A stretch of DNA of 64,000 nt, from positions 1,376,001 through 1,440,000 of the forward strand of contig CBDBKE010000004.1 of assembly GCA_965206645.1 (NCBI GenBank). The letters are read 5' to 3'. The notes below the pieces were generated by a model, which searched no databases, was not told the origin of the DNA, and was given only the letters and a program-made list of their open reading frames with translations. This document shows positions 50,418 to 60,723 of the stretch, in pieces. Every line of letters starts with the position of its first letter. Positions within the stretch are counted from its first letter, which is position 1. The stretch is from Terriglobia bacterium (GTDB taxonomy: Bacteria > Acidobacteriota > Terriglobia > JAJPHL01 > JAPKYU01). A program made the position numbers and the translations under genes.

Positions 50418-51206
50418 ACGAGCATTCGAGTCTCAGTTCTGGGCAGCGGCAGTAGCGGGAACGCGACCCTGGTCGCCACCGAGCGAACCCGTCTGCTGGT
50501 GGACGCCGGACTCAGCCGCCGCGAGACTCTCCGCCGCCTGAAAGGCATGGGTGAGCCGGTCACCAGCCTGGACGGGATCCTCATCTCTCACGAGCATAAC
50601 GACCACGTGTCCGGCATGGCCCCCCTGGCTGCCGCCCTGAACATTCCTGTTTACTTGACTGCCTTGACCCGTCAAGCCCTTCCCTCCGTAGAGGAAACGT
50701 CGTCCGCCTTCGAAGTTTTCCAGCCAGGCCAGAAGTTTGCCATCAAAGACCTGGAAGTCGAGCCGTTCACCGTGCCGCACGATGCCGCTGACCCGGTGGG
50801 TTTCTGTTTTTCTGCTGCGGGCATTCGCATCGGGGTGTGTATGGACCTGGGTTATTTGCCCGAATCGGTCAAGGTGCACCTGCGTGGCTGTCAGTGTCTG
50901 GTGCTGGAGTCCAATCACGACCTGGATATGCTCAAGGTGGGCCCCTATCCCTGGATGGTCAAGCAGCGGGTCATGAGCCGCACCGGCCACTTGTCTAATA
51001 GCGCGGTCGCCGAGTTCCTCGCGAACGACTACGACGGGCAAGCACAGGTGCTGGTTCTGGCCCATCTCAGCGAGAACAACAACCATCCGGAAATTGCGCG
51101 GCTTTCCGCGGCCATGGCCCTGGAATCGTGCCCGGGCCGCGGAGGCGACCGGACGCGGTTGGTGATCAGCTCGCAAAAATCGGCCACTGAGCTGTTTCGG
51201 TTTTGA
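50418..51206 (+). CDS. MBL-fold hydrolase (YycJ/WalJ-like); expected start codon reads ACG
   Basis: SVLGSGSSGNA, SHEHNDH, VPHDA, LESNHD, GHLSN, LAHLS. Confidence 0.85.
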   Translation, partial: TSIRVSVLGSGSSGNATLVATERTRLLVDAGLSRRETLRRLKGMGEPVTSLDGILISHEHNDHVSGMAPLAAALNIPVYLTALTRQALPSVEETSSAFEVFQPGQKFAIKDLEVEPFTVPHDAADPVGFCFSAAGIRIGVCMDLGYLPESVKVHLRGCQCLVLESNHDLDMLKVGPYPWMVKQRVMSRTGHLSNSAVAEFLANDYDGQAQVLVLAHLSENNNHPEIARLSAAMALESCPGRGGDRTRLVISSQKSATELFRF

Positions 51207-51276
51207 CGGAAGTTTCTCCCGCTAGTCTCCTGCAGAAGTGACTGCGCTGTGGCCTGGCGGCCGATCGGTGAGCCAG

Positions 51277-51768
51277 ATGCGGGCCTGGGTTTACAAAGTC
51301 AACGCTCGTCGGCCAGGCATTTTCACCGACTGGCACTTCGATCGCTATTTCCGCTATCGGGGCCGGAACCCCCACGAGATGGGCGGCTCAGAGTGGATTC
51401 GCTCGCCGATGAGCTGGGCTCATTTGAAGCGCGTGCGTCGGGAGGATTTGTTTGTCTGTTATCAGAGCGACGAGCGGCGGATTTACGGCCTGGCCCGCGC
51501 CGCCGGCCATGGCTACGAGGAGTTGCCTGGCAGCGGCCAATATAACTGTGTTGACTTTGCTCCGCAGGGACTGCGGCTGAAGAAGCCGCTGGACGTGACG
51601 GCCCCGGCCCATCGGACCGTGTTCAGCCACGTGCGAGCCTTTACCGTCCCCTCGCGCGGCACCATTCACCCGCTGGCGGCTGACGAACTCCGCTACGTCC
51701 TGCGGGCCCTGGCAACGGAGAATCCCGAACAGCGTCAGGTGATCGCGACTTGGCGCCGCAGGCGGTAA
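51277..51768 (+). CDS. Divergent EVE/PUA-like domain protein
   Basis: WVYK...WAHLKRVRREDLFVCYQS...IYGLARA...IHPL resembles the EVE layout; judged by eye only. Confidence 0.5.
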   Translation: MRAWVYKVNARRPGIFTDWHFDRYFRYRGRNPHEMGGSEWIRSPMSWAHLKRVRREDLFVCYQSDERRIYGLARAAGHGYEELPGSGQYNCVDFAPQGLRLKKPLDVTAPAHRTVFSHVRAFTVPSRGTIHPLAADELRYVLRALATENPEQRQVIATWRRRR

Positions 51769-51789
51769 CCGCTTGCTATCGCTATCTAT

Positions 51790-51885
51790 CCATTTGACGT
51801 GATGGCCATTTGCCATGATGGCCATTTGCTATGATGGCCATTTGCTATGATGGCCATTTGCTATGATGGCCATTTGCTATGATGG
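51790..51885. repeat. Tandem repeat, 6 x 16 bp CCATTTGCTATGATGG
   Basis: Four identical and two degenerate 5' copies, no spacers. Confidence 0.97.
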
Positions 51886-51939
51886 TGCCCCGGAGGAAGC
51901 CTTGTTGGGAGAGCGCGGCGGGGAGGTCGGAAAAGCTTA

Positions 51940-52320
51940 ATGAAACATTCGGCTGCATTCTTGAAACTCGTCGAAGACGCCAAGACGCGGATCGGTGAGC
52001 TCACGGTAGAGGACGTTTGGCGGAAACAGGGACGCGGTCAGTCGTTCGAATTCGTGGACGTGCGTGAAGACAACGAGTGGGCTCAAGGCTACGCGGCCGG
52101 TGCCCGGCACATCGGCCGTGGAGTTCTGGAGCGCGACATCGAAGACCTGGTGCCGGACCGCGACCGGGAAATTGTGCTCTACTGCGGGGGCGGCTTCCGG
52201 TCCGCGCTGGCCGCCGACAACTTGCAGAAGATGGGCTACCTCCGGGTCTTCTCCATGGCCGGTGGAATTCGTGCCTGGCGGGAGCAGGGGCTGCCGGAGG
52301 CGGAGCCCAGCGAGCCGTAG
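51940..52320 (+). CDS. Single-domain rhodanese/sulfurtransferase
   Basis: VDVREDNEW, LYCGGGFRS, MAGGIRAW. Confidence 0.92.
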   Translation: MKHSAAFLKLVEDAKTRIGELTVEDVWRKQGRGQSFEFVDVREDNEWAQGYAAGARHIGRGVLERDIEDLVPDRDREIVLYCGGGFRSALAADNLQKMGYLRVFSMAGGIRAWREQGLPEAEPSEP

Positions 52321-52361
52321 TCTGGCGAGGGCGCTATACTGGTGGGGCGAGCAGACGCAAG

Positions 52362-53018
52362 ATGAACAGGAGACTCTGGTTTATCGCGATCTTGGGTGCA
52401 TTGGTAGGCTGCGACCAGAACGTGGGACCGCCGGGAGCGGTGCCCCAGACACGACCCCAAGAGACTCAACCCCAAGCCAGTACCGCCAGACGGACGCCAG
52501 CAAGGGGCGATAGCGAGTCGGCTCCCGCAGCTAAAGAGGGAAGCGATGCAGCGGCTGGCGTCGTCTGGACGCCTCCGCCCCGCTGGGTCTCCCAGGGTTC
52601 GCGTCCGATGCGCGTCGTCACCTATCGCGTGCCGGCCGCGGAGGGCGATCCGGAAGATGGCGAATGCGCCGTCTTCTATTTTGGTAGCGGGCGGGGCGGC
52701 ACGGTGGAGGCAAACCTGAAGCGCTGGATCTCCCAGTTCGAGCAGCCCGGCGGAACAAGTTCGGAAGACGCGGCGAAGATCAAGCAGCAAGTCATCAGCG
52801 GCCTGAACGTCACTACTGTAGATCTGAGCGGCACCTACCTGGCTTCCGCTGGCCCCATGTCGCCGGTAAAACAACGCAAGCCCGGCTACCGCCTGCTGGG
52901 CGCGATTGTGAATGCGCCGGAGGGGGCCCTGTTTTTCAAATTTACCGGCCCGGCGCCGACCGTGGCGGCGAGCACCGAACAGTTCCGGGCGATGTTGCAA
53001 TCCCTGCGGCAGCAGTAG
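52362..53018 (+). CDS. Hypothetical lipoprotein
   Basis: Lipobox LVGC; GGTVEANLKRWISQF and FFKFTGP motifs. Confidence 0.75.
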   Translation: MNRRLWFIAILGALVGCDQNVGPPGAVPQTRPQETQPQASTARRTPARGDSESAPAAKEGSDAAAGVVWTPPPRWVSQGSRPMRVVTYRVPAAEGDPEDGECAVFYFGSGRGGTVEANLKRWISQFEQPGGTSSEDAAKIKQQVISGLNVTTVDLSGTYLASAGPMSPVKQRKPGYRLLGAIVNAPEGALFFKFTGPAPTVAASTEQFRAMLQSLRQQ

Positions 53019-53071
53019 CCTCCGCGTGCTGGCGCAGGCGGTACGCTATAGCTTGTTCTGCTTTCCAAACA

Positions 53072-54142
53072 ATGTCCCACTCATCGAAAGATTCACGTTT
53101 GCTGCGCGCCTGCCGCAGACAACCCGTGGACATCACTCCAGTCTGGTTCATGCGCCAGGCCGGCCGCTACATGCCGGAGTATCGGGCGATCCGCGAAAAG
53201 CACACCCTGCTGGAGATCTGCAAGACCCCGGCGCTGGCGGCCGAGGTCACCATCACCGCCGCCGAACGCCTCGATGTGGATGCGGCCATCATCTTCGCCG
53301 ACCTGCTGTTACCCGTCGAACCGATGGGGATGCGCCTGCGGTTCGAACAGGGCGAAGGCCCGGTGTTGGACAACCCACTGCGGGATGAAGCCGCGGTTGC
53401 GCGGCTCCGCAGCGACGTGGCTTCCGAGCTGGGTTTTGTTTCCGAAGCCATCCGGCTGGTCCGCCAGCACTTCGGCGAACGTTTGCCGGTGATCGGATTT
53501 GCCGGGGCACCCTTCACGCTGGCCAGTTACATGATTGAAGGCGGTAGCTCTCGCCACTTCCTTGCCACCAAGACGCTGCTCTACCAAGCTCCGCAAGCCT
53601 GGGCCCTGCTGATGGAGAAGCTTTGCTCGGCGCTGGAGCCCTATCTGTTGGCCCAGGTGGAAGCGGGCGCCGATGTGGTGCAGTTGTTCGACAGCTGGGT
53701 GGGCTGCCTCAGTGTGGACGACTACCGCGAGTACGTACTCCCCTACTCGAAAAGGTTGATCCGCGCAGTCCAGGCCCTCGGGGTCCCCGTGATTCACTTT
53801 GCCACCGAATCAGCCTCGTTGCTGGAGGCCATGGAACAGGCAGATGCGGCGGTGCTGAGTGTGGACTGGCGCATCCGGCTAGATGAAGCCTGGGCTCGGG
53901 TCGGCCACCGGCCGGCCATTCAGGGCAACCTGGACCCGGCGGCACTGCTGGCGCCCCTGCCGGAACTGAGGCGCCGGATTCGCGCCATCCTGGAGCAGGC
54001 CGGCCAGCGTCCGGGCCACATCTTCAACCTGGGGCACGGTATTCTGCCCGGAACTCCGGTGGAAAATGTGATCGCCACCGTACAAATGGTCCGGGAGTAT
54101 TCGCCGAAGTGCGGAGATGCAGGCGCAGCGCAAAGTGAGTAA
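53072..54142 (+). CDS. hemE: Uroporphyrinogen decarboxylase
   Basis: PVWFMRQAGRYMPEY, GFAGAPFTL, FNLGHG. Confidence 0.97.
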   Translation: MSHSSKDSRLLRACRRQPVDITPVWFMRQAGRYMPEYRAIREKHTLLEICKTPALAAEVTITAAERLDVDAAIIFADLLLPVEPMGMRLRFEQGEGPVLDNPLRDEAAVARLRSDVASELGFVSEAIRLVRQHFGERLPVIGFAGAPFTLASYMIEGGSSRHFLATKTLLYQAPQAWALLMEKLCSALEPYLLAQVEAGADVVQLFDSWVGCLSVDDYREYVLPYSKRLIRAVQALGVPVIHFATESASLLEAMEQADAAVLSVDWRIRLDEAWARVGHRPAIQGNLDPAALLAPLPELRRRIRAILEQAGQRPGHIFNLGHGILPGTPVENVIATVQMVREYSPKCGDAGAAQSE

Positions 54143-55082
54143 GTCCAAGACTCGAAACCCGAAATCCGAAACCCCAAGGCGGGCAGTTCTGCTCCTGGCC
54201 CACGGCGCCCCCGATCGCCTGGAGGACATCCCCGAATTTCTGCGGCACGTACGCAGCGGCCGACCATTGTCCGGACATGCAGTCCAGGAAATCACCCAGC
54301 GCTACGCCCGCATCGGTGGCGGTTCGCCGCTGCGCCGCATTTCCGAACAGCAGGCCTGCGCGCTGGCAGCGCACCTTGCTGTGCCGGTCGTTGTGGGAAT
54401 GAGGAACTGGAAGCCTTTCATCGCTGAGGCGCTGGCCAGCCTGCCGGCCGAGCTGGAGCGGTTGGTAGTCATCTGCCTGGCGCCGCAAAACTCGCGCACC
54501 AGCGTGGGCCTCTATCGGCAGCACTTAGAGCACGCACTGGATGCGAGTCCGGCGCGGCCACAAGAGCGCCCCCGAGTAAGGTTTGTTGAAAGCTGGCACG
54601 ATCATCCGCGGCTGATTCAGGCGTTCGCTGAAAAAGTGCGCGCCGGGCTGGCCGCCACGGAAGCCGGTGTGGACGGCGAAATTCCCGTGATCCTCACGGC
54701 GCATAGCGTCCCGGAGTCCACCGTTGCCGGCGGTGATCCCTATGCCACGCAGGTCGAGCAGACGGCCGCACTGGTCGCGGCCGCGGCGCGCCTCCGCAAC
54801 TGGCGCACCGCTTACCAGAGCCAGGGGATGACAGCAGAACCCTGGATCGGGCCGACTGTTGAATCTCAGATTGACAAGCTGGCAGCCAAGGGATGTCGTG
54901 TCGTCTTCATCGCTCCCATCGGCTTTGTCTCCGACCACGCGGAAATCCTCTACGACATCGACATCCAGTTTCGGGAGTACGCGCGGGCCAAGGCTATGAA
55001 GCTGTGCCGTTCCGAGTCACTCAATGACAGCCCGTTGCTGATCGAGACGCTGGCCGCGCTGGTGCAGGAGCAGCTGGAATGA
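54135..55082 (+). CDS. hemH: Ferrochelatase
   Basis: RYARIGGGSPL, TAHSVP, YQSQG...WIGP, GFVSDHAEILYDID. Confidence 0.95.
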   Translation: MSKSKTRNPKSETPRRAVLLLAHGAPDRLEDIPEFLRHVRSGRPLSGHAVQEITQRYARIGGGSPLRRISEQQACALAAHLAVPVVVGMRNWKPFIAEALASLPAELERLVVICLAPQNSRTSVGLYRQHLEHALDASPARPQERPRVRFVESWHDHPRLIQAFAEKVRAGLAATEAGVDGEIPVILTAHSVPESTVAGGDPYATQVEQTAALVAAAARLRNWRTAYQSQGMTAEPWIGPTVESQIDKLAAKGCRVVFIAPIGFVSDHAEILYDIDIQFREYARAKAMKLCRSESLNDSPLLIETLAALVQEQLE

Positions 55083-55169
55083 ATCGACCGCAAGGACCGA
55101 TTCCTTCAGTCTTCATGTTTGACACAAACTTCTGAGTGAGGATACTAATTACTAACGAGGAAAGGAAGC

Positions 55170-55640
55170 ATGGAGAAGGCAACGTTCGGCGCAGGGTGCT
55201 TTTGGGGGATAGAGGCCGCCTTCCGTCAGGTCCCAGGCGTGGTGGACGCGGCGGTTGGCTACATGGGCGGGACGTTGGAGAACCCTACCTACCAGGACGT
55301 ATGTACGGACACCACCGGCCATGCCGAGGTCGTGCAGGTCACTTTTGATCCCGCGCAGGTTTCCTGCCAGCAACTGCTCGATCTGTTTTGGGAAATTCAC
55401 GACCCCACGACCCCGAATCGACAGGGGCCGGACGTCGGCAAGCAGTATCGTTCGGCAATTTTCTTCCACTCGACCGAACAGGAGGCCGCCGCCCGCGCCT
55501 CCAAGGAGAAGCAACATGCGTCGGCCCGATTCCGGGGCTCGATTGTCACCGAGATCATCCCGGCCCCAACATTTTACCGAGCAGAGGAATACCACCAGCG
55601 ATATTTCGAAAAGCAGGGCATCGCCGCCTGCCATCGATAG
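55170..55640 (+). CDS. msrA: Methionine-S-sulfoxide reductase (Cys form)
   Basis: [22 protein letters not shown]. Confidence 0.97.
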   Translation: MEKATFGAGCFWGIEAAFRQVPGVVDAAVGYMGGTLENPTYQDVCTDTTGHAEVVQVTFDPAQVSCQQLLDLFWEIHDPTTPNRQGPDVGKQYRSAIFFHSTEQEAAARASKEKQHASARFRGSIVTEIIPAPTFYRAEEYHQRYFEKQGIAACHR

Positions 55641-55793
55641 CGATTCTCCAGAATCAAATCCGGCGCACGATGGGGAGTGTCTCGAGACAGTTAGCTAAGT
55701 AGGACCCATGAACCGCCTTTCGGGAAAAATGGGTAGCTTCTCAGCAAAAAATGCGTTATTGAGTTTCCGGTTGGACTGAGACGCTATCAGGGA

Positions 55794-56129
55794 GTGGATG
55801 GAGCTGTGGGAGTCGAGAGGAGGCAGTACAAGCGCTACGGGGTGACGGGAAGGGCAGAGTTTCGGACCGATTCTGCAAAGGCGGTCGGCGAGTTGCTGGA
55901 TATCGGAACTGGAGGCGTGCTCGTCCGCAGCCAGCTCATCCCCGACAAGGGGACAAATCTTTGGGTCCAGTTCACCGTGGCGGGCTACCCGGGGGCGCTC
56001 GACAGCCGGGGGCGCGTAGTGCGCAGCCAATTGGACGTGCTGGCGGTCATGTTCCTGGAGCCCCCGGCCGAGTTGGAGAGGCTACTGGCGTGGCTGGAAC
56101 ACCGCACCCCACCGCAATCGGGCGCCTGA
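55794..56129 (+). CDS. Single PilZ-domain protein
   Basis: RQYKR and DIGTGG motifs, GRVVRS. Confidence 0.8.
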   Translation: MDGAVGVERRQYKRYGVTGRAEFRTDSAKAVGELLDIGTGGVLVRSQLIPDKGTNLWVQFTVAGYPGALDSRGRVVRSQLDVLAVMFLEPPAELERLLAWLEHRTPPQSGA

Positions 56130-56255
56130 ATTGCTGTCCTAGACTTGCAGTCCGCTTCGATCAACCTTGAGAATTGGGCTGCAGCCAGCCTTCAGAAGGT
56201 TTGGACTTGCTCGCGTCGGGTCCCGGTTTTCCGGAGAAGCCGTGACGAAGGGGCG

Positions 56256-56756
56256 TTACCGGGCCCAACCTGGAGGTAACCCGCTCCGGCGGAGTTTCTC
56301 CTCCAGGTCTTCGATGGACTTCCGGGCCTTTTCCACCGCCGCCTCTTGCTGTTGCACTTCCTGCCCGCGTCCCAGCAGCCATCCCTGGCGGAGTTCTGCC
56401 AGTTTCTTTTCCTCAGCCGCCAGGGCGGCGTGCAACCGGGCGGCTTTCGCCCGGTATTCTTTCTCGACTTCCGCCCTAGTCTTCTTGTCTTCGCCCTTGG
56501 GGGGCGCCTGTTCCCCTTCCTGTCCCGTCTTGCCCTCTTTGGCCTTTGTCTCGGCTGGGACGCCGGTGCTGAGGCCGCCCCGGCTCGGCAGATCCTCGTT
56601 GGTGTAAACCCGGGTAGCTTTGGCCTGCTTACCCTTCTTGGCTCTATGCCGACGCGCCATCTCGCCCAGCGACTGGGCCGAGGCTGTGGCACTCAACAGC
56701 AGCACGACCGCCATCAGGCGAAAGATCCGGTATCCGAATGTTGGGTAGCTATGCAT
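56256..56756 (-). CDS. Secreted coiled-coil hypothetical protein
   Basis: Signal peptide, QSLGEMAR, VYTNEDL, C-terminal PPGWAR. Confidence 0.75.
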   Translation of the reverse strand: MHSYPTFGYRIFRLMAVVLLLSATASAQSLGEMARRHRAKKGKQAKATRVYTNEDLPSRGGLSTGVPAETKAKEGKTGQEGEQAPPKGEDKKTRAEVEKEYRAKAARLHAALAAEEKKLAELRQGWLLGRGQEVQQQEAAVEKARKSIEDLEEKLRRSGLPPGWAR

Positions 56757-56948
56757 AGAAACCGCCCTCCCGACCAGGCGCGATGGCCCTCTTCGCCGCT
56801 CAATTCTCTAGTTTAGCTCCTGGCCTAAGCACAAATCAAGGAGGCTGCCGGTGCACAGAACGGTCCACGCTACTGCCGTGGGGCGATATTGAAGTCCAGC
56901 CCTGCTGTCACCCTACGAGCTTTCTCCTTTGAGAGCTTCGTCGTTCGG

Positions 56949-57680
56949 TTAAGACGGGCCGCCCGGAGGGTTCGCATGAGATGAATTTAGGAGACCTTCG
57001 ATCCGATCCAGTTTCTGGCTGAGGGTTTTGAGGTCCGCGCCGGATTCCTGCGCAACGAAATACGCCGCTACAGACGCCGATATCGTAGATGTCAGGCCCA
57101 CTCCGCTCAGCATGAGCAAGATGGCCACCAGTCTGCCCCCGACGCTCAGCGGTGTAATGTCTCCATAGCCCACCGTGGTTACGGTAACGATTGCCCACCA
57201 GATACCCTCCCAAAAACCGTGCTGAACCGTATGCGGCTCCAGCACCGCCAAACTGCCGCCTCCGGCGAAAACCAACAGGGCGGTCACCATGGCCATATAG
57301 GCGAGGCCCCGGCGACCCAGAATGCGGGCCACAGAGTCCATGCCGCGGGCCGTTACCCCCACCAGTCGAAGAAGTGGGAAGAGGCGGGCCAGGCGAGCCA
57401 GTCGAGTGAGGGCGAGCGCAGCGGGCAGCAGGGGGAAAGACACAATCACTACGACTGCGCTGAGCCGGTGTGTCCTAGCGTACTGCCGACGATTATCGGC
57501 ATGGGTCAGTCCCACCACGTAGTCCACCACGAAGACAGTCCAGATCGCCCAGTCGGCAACATACATGAGAGGGCTTCTGGTGCCCAGCTCGTACAGGACG
57601 GTAACGGGAATCGTGGCAATGGCTCCAAGCAAGACACCGATCTCTAAAGCGATTTGCCATTGGTTTCTCATAGATTCCAC
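56949..57680 (-). CDS. Voltage-gated-type potassium channel
   Basis: Selectivity filter TTVGYGD; S4-like RLARLARLFPLLR. Confidence 0.92.
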   Translation of the reverse strand: MESMRNQWQIALEIGVLLGAIATIPVTVLYELGTRSPLMYVADWAIWTVFVVDYVVGLTHADNRRQYARTHRLSAVVVIVSFPLLPAALALTRLARLARLFPLLRLVGVTARGMDSVARILGRRGLAYMAMVTALLVFAGGGSLAVLEPHTVQHGFWEGIWWAIVTVTTVGYGDITPLSVGGRLVAILLMLSGVGLTSTISASVAAYFVAQESGADLKTLSQKLDRIEGLLNSSHANPPGGPS

Positions 57681-57832
57681 CCTTTTGAAAAACAGTAGTT
57701 AGCTGGCTTCTGCAACCGAAGACACCCAGGCGCAATATAGCACGGCAGCGAAACAGCCCTTTCTCGGACCCGGGCCTGCAGTTCCTCTTCAGAATTGTCT
57801 ATGGATTCAGAGCTGCTCGGCACCTGCTGCGC

Positions 57833-57910
57833 TTACCTGCCCGCCTGATCAGCGCGGCGGTTGCACAGGATTTCCCGGACCGCGTTGTAGCCGGGCGCAC
57901 CCATGACTCC
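57833..57910 (-). pseudogene. 3'-terminal remnant of a phytoene dehydrogenase-like FAD oxidoreductase gene
   Basis: Translates GVMGAPGYNAVREIL...*, the family's C-terminal motif; no 5' part. Confidence 0.6.
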
Positions 57911-58017
57911 AACAGCCCAGGGCTGGTGGGTTGTGAAACGTTGGGAAACCTGAGATTTCTGCTCTTGAGGATGATTTCTGTTTCGAGCCAAGGGCCCGGT
58001 CGGCTCTGGCCACGCAC

Positions 58018-58353
58018 CTATGAACTGGGTCCAGCAGAACTTTCGGGTGCGTCGGCGCTGGCCATGTAATTGCGGAAAGTGGCGGTGACTTCCGGAGGCA
58101 CAGATTCAAACCGGATGCCCACCCCTCTTGGGCTGGAGTTGACCACAATGCCACGCACCCGAAATTGGCTTCGGTGGCCGGGTAGCGCAAACGCCAGTTC
58201 GTATCGCTGGCCCGCCTGGGCCACGTCGGGGGGCACCGCCAACATCCCGTACTCACTGAACTCGACTACCCGCCCGTGCGCCACCTGTCGGCCCAGGCGA
58301 ACCGAGACCTTCCAATCCACCGCCACGCGGGCTACCTTCCGTTTTTCGTCCAT
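58018..58353 (-). CDS. Single PilZ-domain protein
   Basis: RKVAR and EFSEYG motifs, GVGIRF. Confidence 0.8.
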   Translation of the reverse strand: MDEKRKVARVAVDWKVSVRLGRQVAHGRVVEFSEYGMLAVPPDVAQAGQRYELAFALPGHRSQFRVRGIVVNSSPRGVGIRFESVPPEVTATFRNYMASADAPESSAGPSS

Positions 58354-58421
58354 ACGGTACCTATCATTCGATTCGCCAGTCTCAGGAGGAGAGGAAACTG
58401 TTGGATAGTTTACAAACTCAC

Positions 58422-59711
58422 TTAGCTGGCGCTGCCGCGCCAGACCAGCCGACCGTCCACAATGGTAACTTCGGGGCCACCCCGAAAGGCGCGGCCGTCG
58501 AAGGGACTATTTTTGCTCTTGGAACAGGAAGTGTTCAAGTCAAATTTCCAGGGCCGATCAGTGGAAAACACGGTGATGTCGGCGTGCCCCCCTGGCGCCA
58601 GCGACCCACGGCCCGGCAGGCCCAGGAGGCGGGCCGGGTTGGTGGAAAACAGCTCTACCAGACGGGATAGCCCAATACTCCCACTGTGGTAAAGGCGCTC
58701 CAGAGCCAGGCCCAGGGCGGTTTCCAGGCCTACAATGCCGAAAGGGGCCAACTCAAATTCCTGCATTTTTTCGCTGCCGGGGTGCGGCGCGTGATCGGTG
58801 GCAATGGCGTCCACGGTTCCATCCACCAGACCGTCCTCGAGAGCGGCCACGTCCTGGCGGGTCCGCAGTGGCGGCTTCATCTTGTAATTGGTGTCGTAGT
58901 CGACGATGTCTTCCTCGCTGAGAGCGAAGTGGTGCGGAGTCACCTCACAGGTGATTCGGAGCCCTAGGGCCCGCGCCTCCCGCACCATCTGGAGTGAGCG
59001 CGCGGTTGACAGATGAGCGATGTGCAGATGGGCCGAAGTATCGCCTGCCAGCAGGATATTGCGCGACACCATCACGTCTTCGGAGGCTCCGCTGATCCCG
59101 CGCAGGCCGAGGCGGGTGGAGACTACCCCTTCGTGCATCTGGCCTCTCGCGGACAACTGCAGGTCTTCGGAGTGGTCAATGACGGGCAGGTCGTAGGCCA
59201 GCGAGTATTCCATGGCGTGGCGCATCAGGCGGGTGTTCATGACCGGGCGGCCATCGTCCGAGATGGCCACGATTCCTGCCTGCCGCATGGCGCCAATTTC
59301 GGCCAGCCGCTCGCCCCGGCTGCGGTGCGAGATGGCCCCGATGGGAAAGATGTGGACCGCCGCGCGCCGGGCCGTCTCGACAATGAATTGGGTCACCGCT
59401 GCGTTGTCGTTGACCGGGTTGGTATTGGGCATGGCGCAGATGGCCGTGAAGCCTCCGGCAGCGGCCGCCCGTGCCCCGGTCTCGATGGTTTCGGCGTGCT
59501 CATTGCCGGGTTCCCGCAAGTGCACATGCAGGTCGATGAAGCCGGGCGCCACCACCAGTCCTGTGGCATCCAGCACCTCGGCGTCGGGCACCTGCAGCGC
59601 AGGAGCCACTTCGGCAATAAGCCCGTCGCGCAGCAGAACGTCGCGCACCGCGTCCAGTTTCTGCGTGGGGTCCACGACCCGGCCGTTCTTCAACAACAGC
59701 ATCGTTGGCAT
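58422..59711 (-). CDS. pyrC: Dihydroorotase
   Basis: [22 protein letters not shown]. Confidence 0.96.
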   Translation of the reverse strand: MPTMLLLKNGRVVDPTQKLDAVRDVLLRDGLIAEVAPALQVPDAEVLDATGLVVAPGFIDLHVHLREPGNEHAETIETGARAAAAGGFTAICAMPNTNPVNDNAAVTQFIVETARRAAVHIFPIGAISHRSRGERLAEIGAMRQAGIVAISDDGRPVMNTRLMRHAMEYSLAYDLPVIDHSEDLQLSARGQMHEGVVSTRLGLRGISGASEDVMVSRNILLAGDTSAHLHIAHLSTARSLQMVREARALGLRITCEVTPHHFALSEEDIVDYDTNYKMKPPLRTRQDVAALEDGLVDGTVDAIATDHAPHPGSEKMQEFELAPFGIVGLETALGLALERLYHSGSIGLSRLVELFSTNPARLLGLPGRGSLAPGGHADITVFSTDRPWKFDLNTSCSKSKNSPFDGRAFRGGPEVTIVDGRLVWRGSAS

Positions 59712-59730
59712 TTCCGACTTTGCCTGGTCT

Positions 59731-60669
59731 TTAGTGCGGCAATCCGCCGGGCGCCTCGGGCGGCCCCAGCAGCAGGTCCAGCACCGCCATCCGCACCGCC
59801 ACCCCGTTTTCCACCTGGTTCAAGATGACCGAACGCGGAAAGTCGGCCACCTCGGAGGAGATTTCTCGGCCCCGATTGATAGGCCCCGGATGCATCACAA
59901 TGGCATCCTCACGAGCCGCCCGCAGGTGATCCAGCCGCAGGCCATAGAGCTGAAAGTATTCCTGAATGGAGGGGAAGTAGGGCTCGGTCTGCCGCTCCAG
60001 TTGCACGCGCAACATCATGATGACGTCGGCGCCTGCGATCGCCTCCTCCATCTGGTAGCTGAGCGAAACACAGGGTGAGAGGCGCGCCAGCTCCGGCGGG
60101 ACCAGCGGCGGCGGGCCGCACAACACCACTCGCGCCCCAAACTTGCTCAGCAGCCAGACGTTGGAACGGGCCACCCGGCTGTGGGTAATGTCTCCGATGA
60201 TGGCCACCTGCAACCCGGCTAGCGACGACTTGTACTCCAGGATGGTGAACGCATCCAGCAACGCCTGCGTGGGATGTTCGTGGGCGCCATCGCCGGCGTT
60301 GATGATGGGGGTCGCCAGGTGGCGCGCCAGGAAATGGGGGGCGCCGGAAGCCGAGTGCCGCATGATGATGGCATCGGGGTGCATCGCGGCCAGCGTGTTG
60401 AGCGTGTCCAGCAGTGACTCGCCCTTTTCCACGCTGGACGCCTGGGCTGTGATGCTCAGCGTGTCGGCGCCGAGCCGTCGAGCCGCCAGCTCAAACGAGA
60501 TGCGCGTGCGGGTCGACGCCTCAAAGAAAAGGTGAATGATGGTCTTGCCCCGCAGCCGGTCCAGCTTCTGCTGCGTGCGCTGCAACGGCTTGTAAACACG
60601 AGCCCGATCCAGCACCGCCTGGATATCGCTGGTGGACAGTTCTTCGACTCCGAGAAGCCCCTTCTTCAT
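59731..60669 (-). CDS. pyrB: Aspartate carbamoyltransferase
   Basis: [27 protein letters not shown]. Confidence 0.97.
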   Translation of the reverse strand: MKKGLLGVEELSTSDIQAVLDRARVYKPLQRTQQKLDRLRGKTIIHLFFEASTRTRISFELAARRLGADTLSITAQASSVEKGESLLDTLNTLAAMHPDAIIMRHSASGAPHFLARHLATPIINAGDGAHEHPTQALLDAFTILEYKSSLAGLQVAIIGDITHSRVARSNVWLLSKFGARVVLCGPPPLVPPELARLSPCVSLSYQMEEAIAGADVIMMLRVQLERQTEPYFPSIQEYFQLYGLRLDHLRAAREDAIVMHPGPINRGREISSEVADFPRSVILNQVENGVAVRMAVLDLLLGPPEAPGGLPH

Positions 60670-60723
60670 CGGTTCATTGGCTGCCCCAGCATTGAATCAT
60701 CCATGTGCGCATGAATCAAGGAG

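Noticed and set aside
51790-51885. Possible CRISPR array
   Set aside because: Units are contiguous, 16 bp, with no spacers and no cas genes nearby.
22597-55640. MsrB and MsrA as further selenoproteins
   Set aside because: Both encode Cys at the catalytic positions and have no in-frame TGA.
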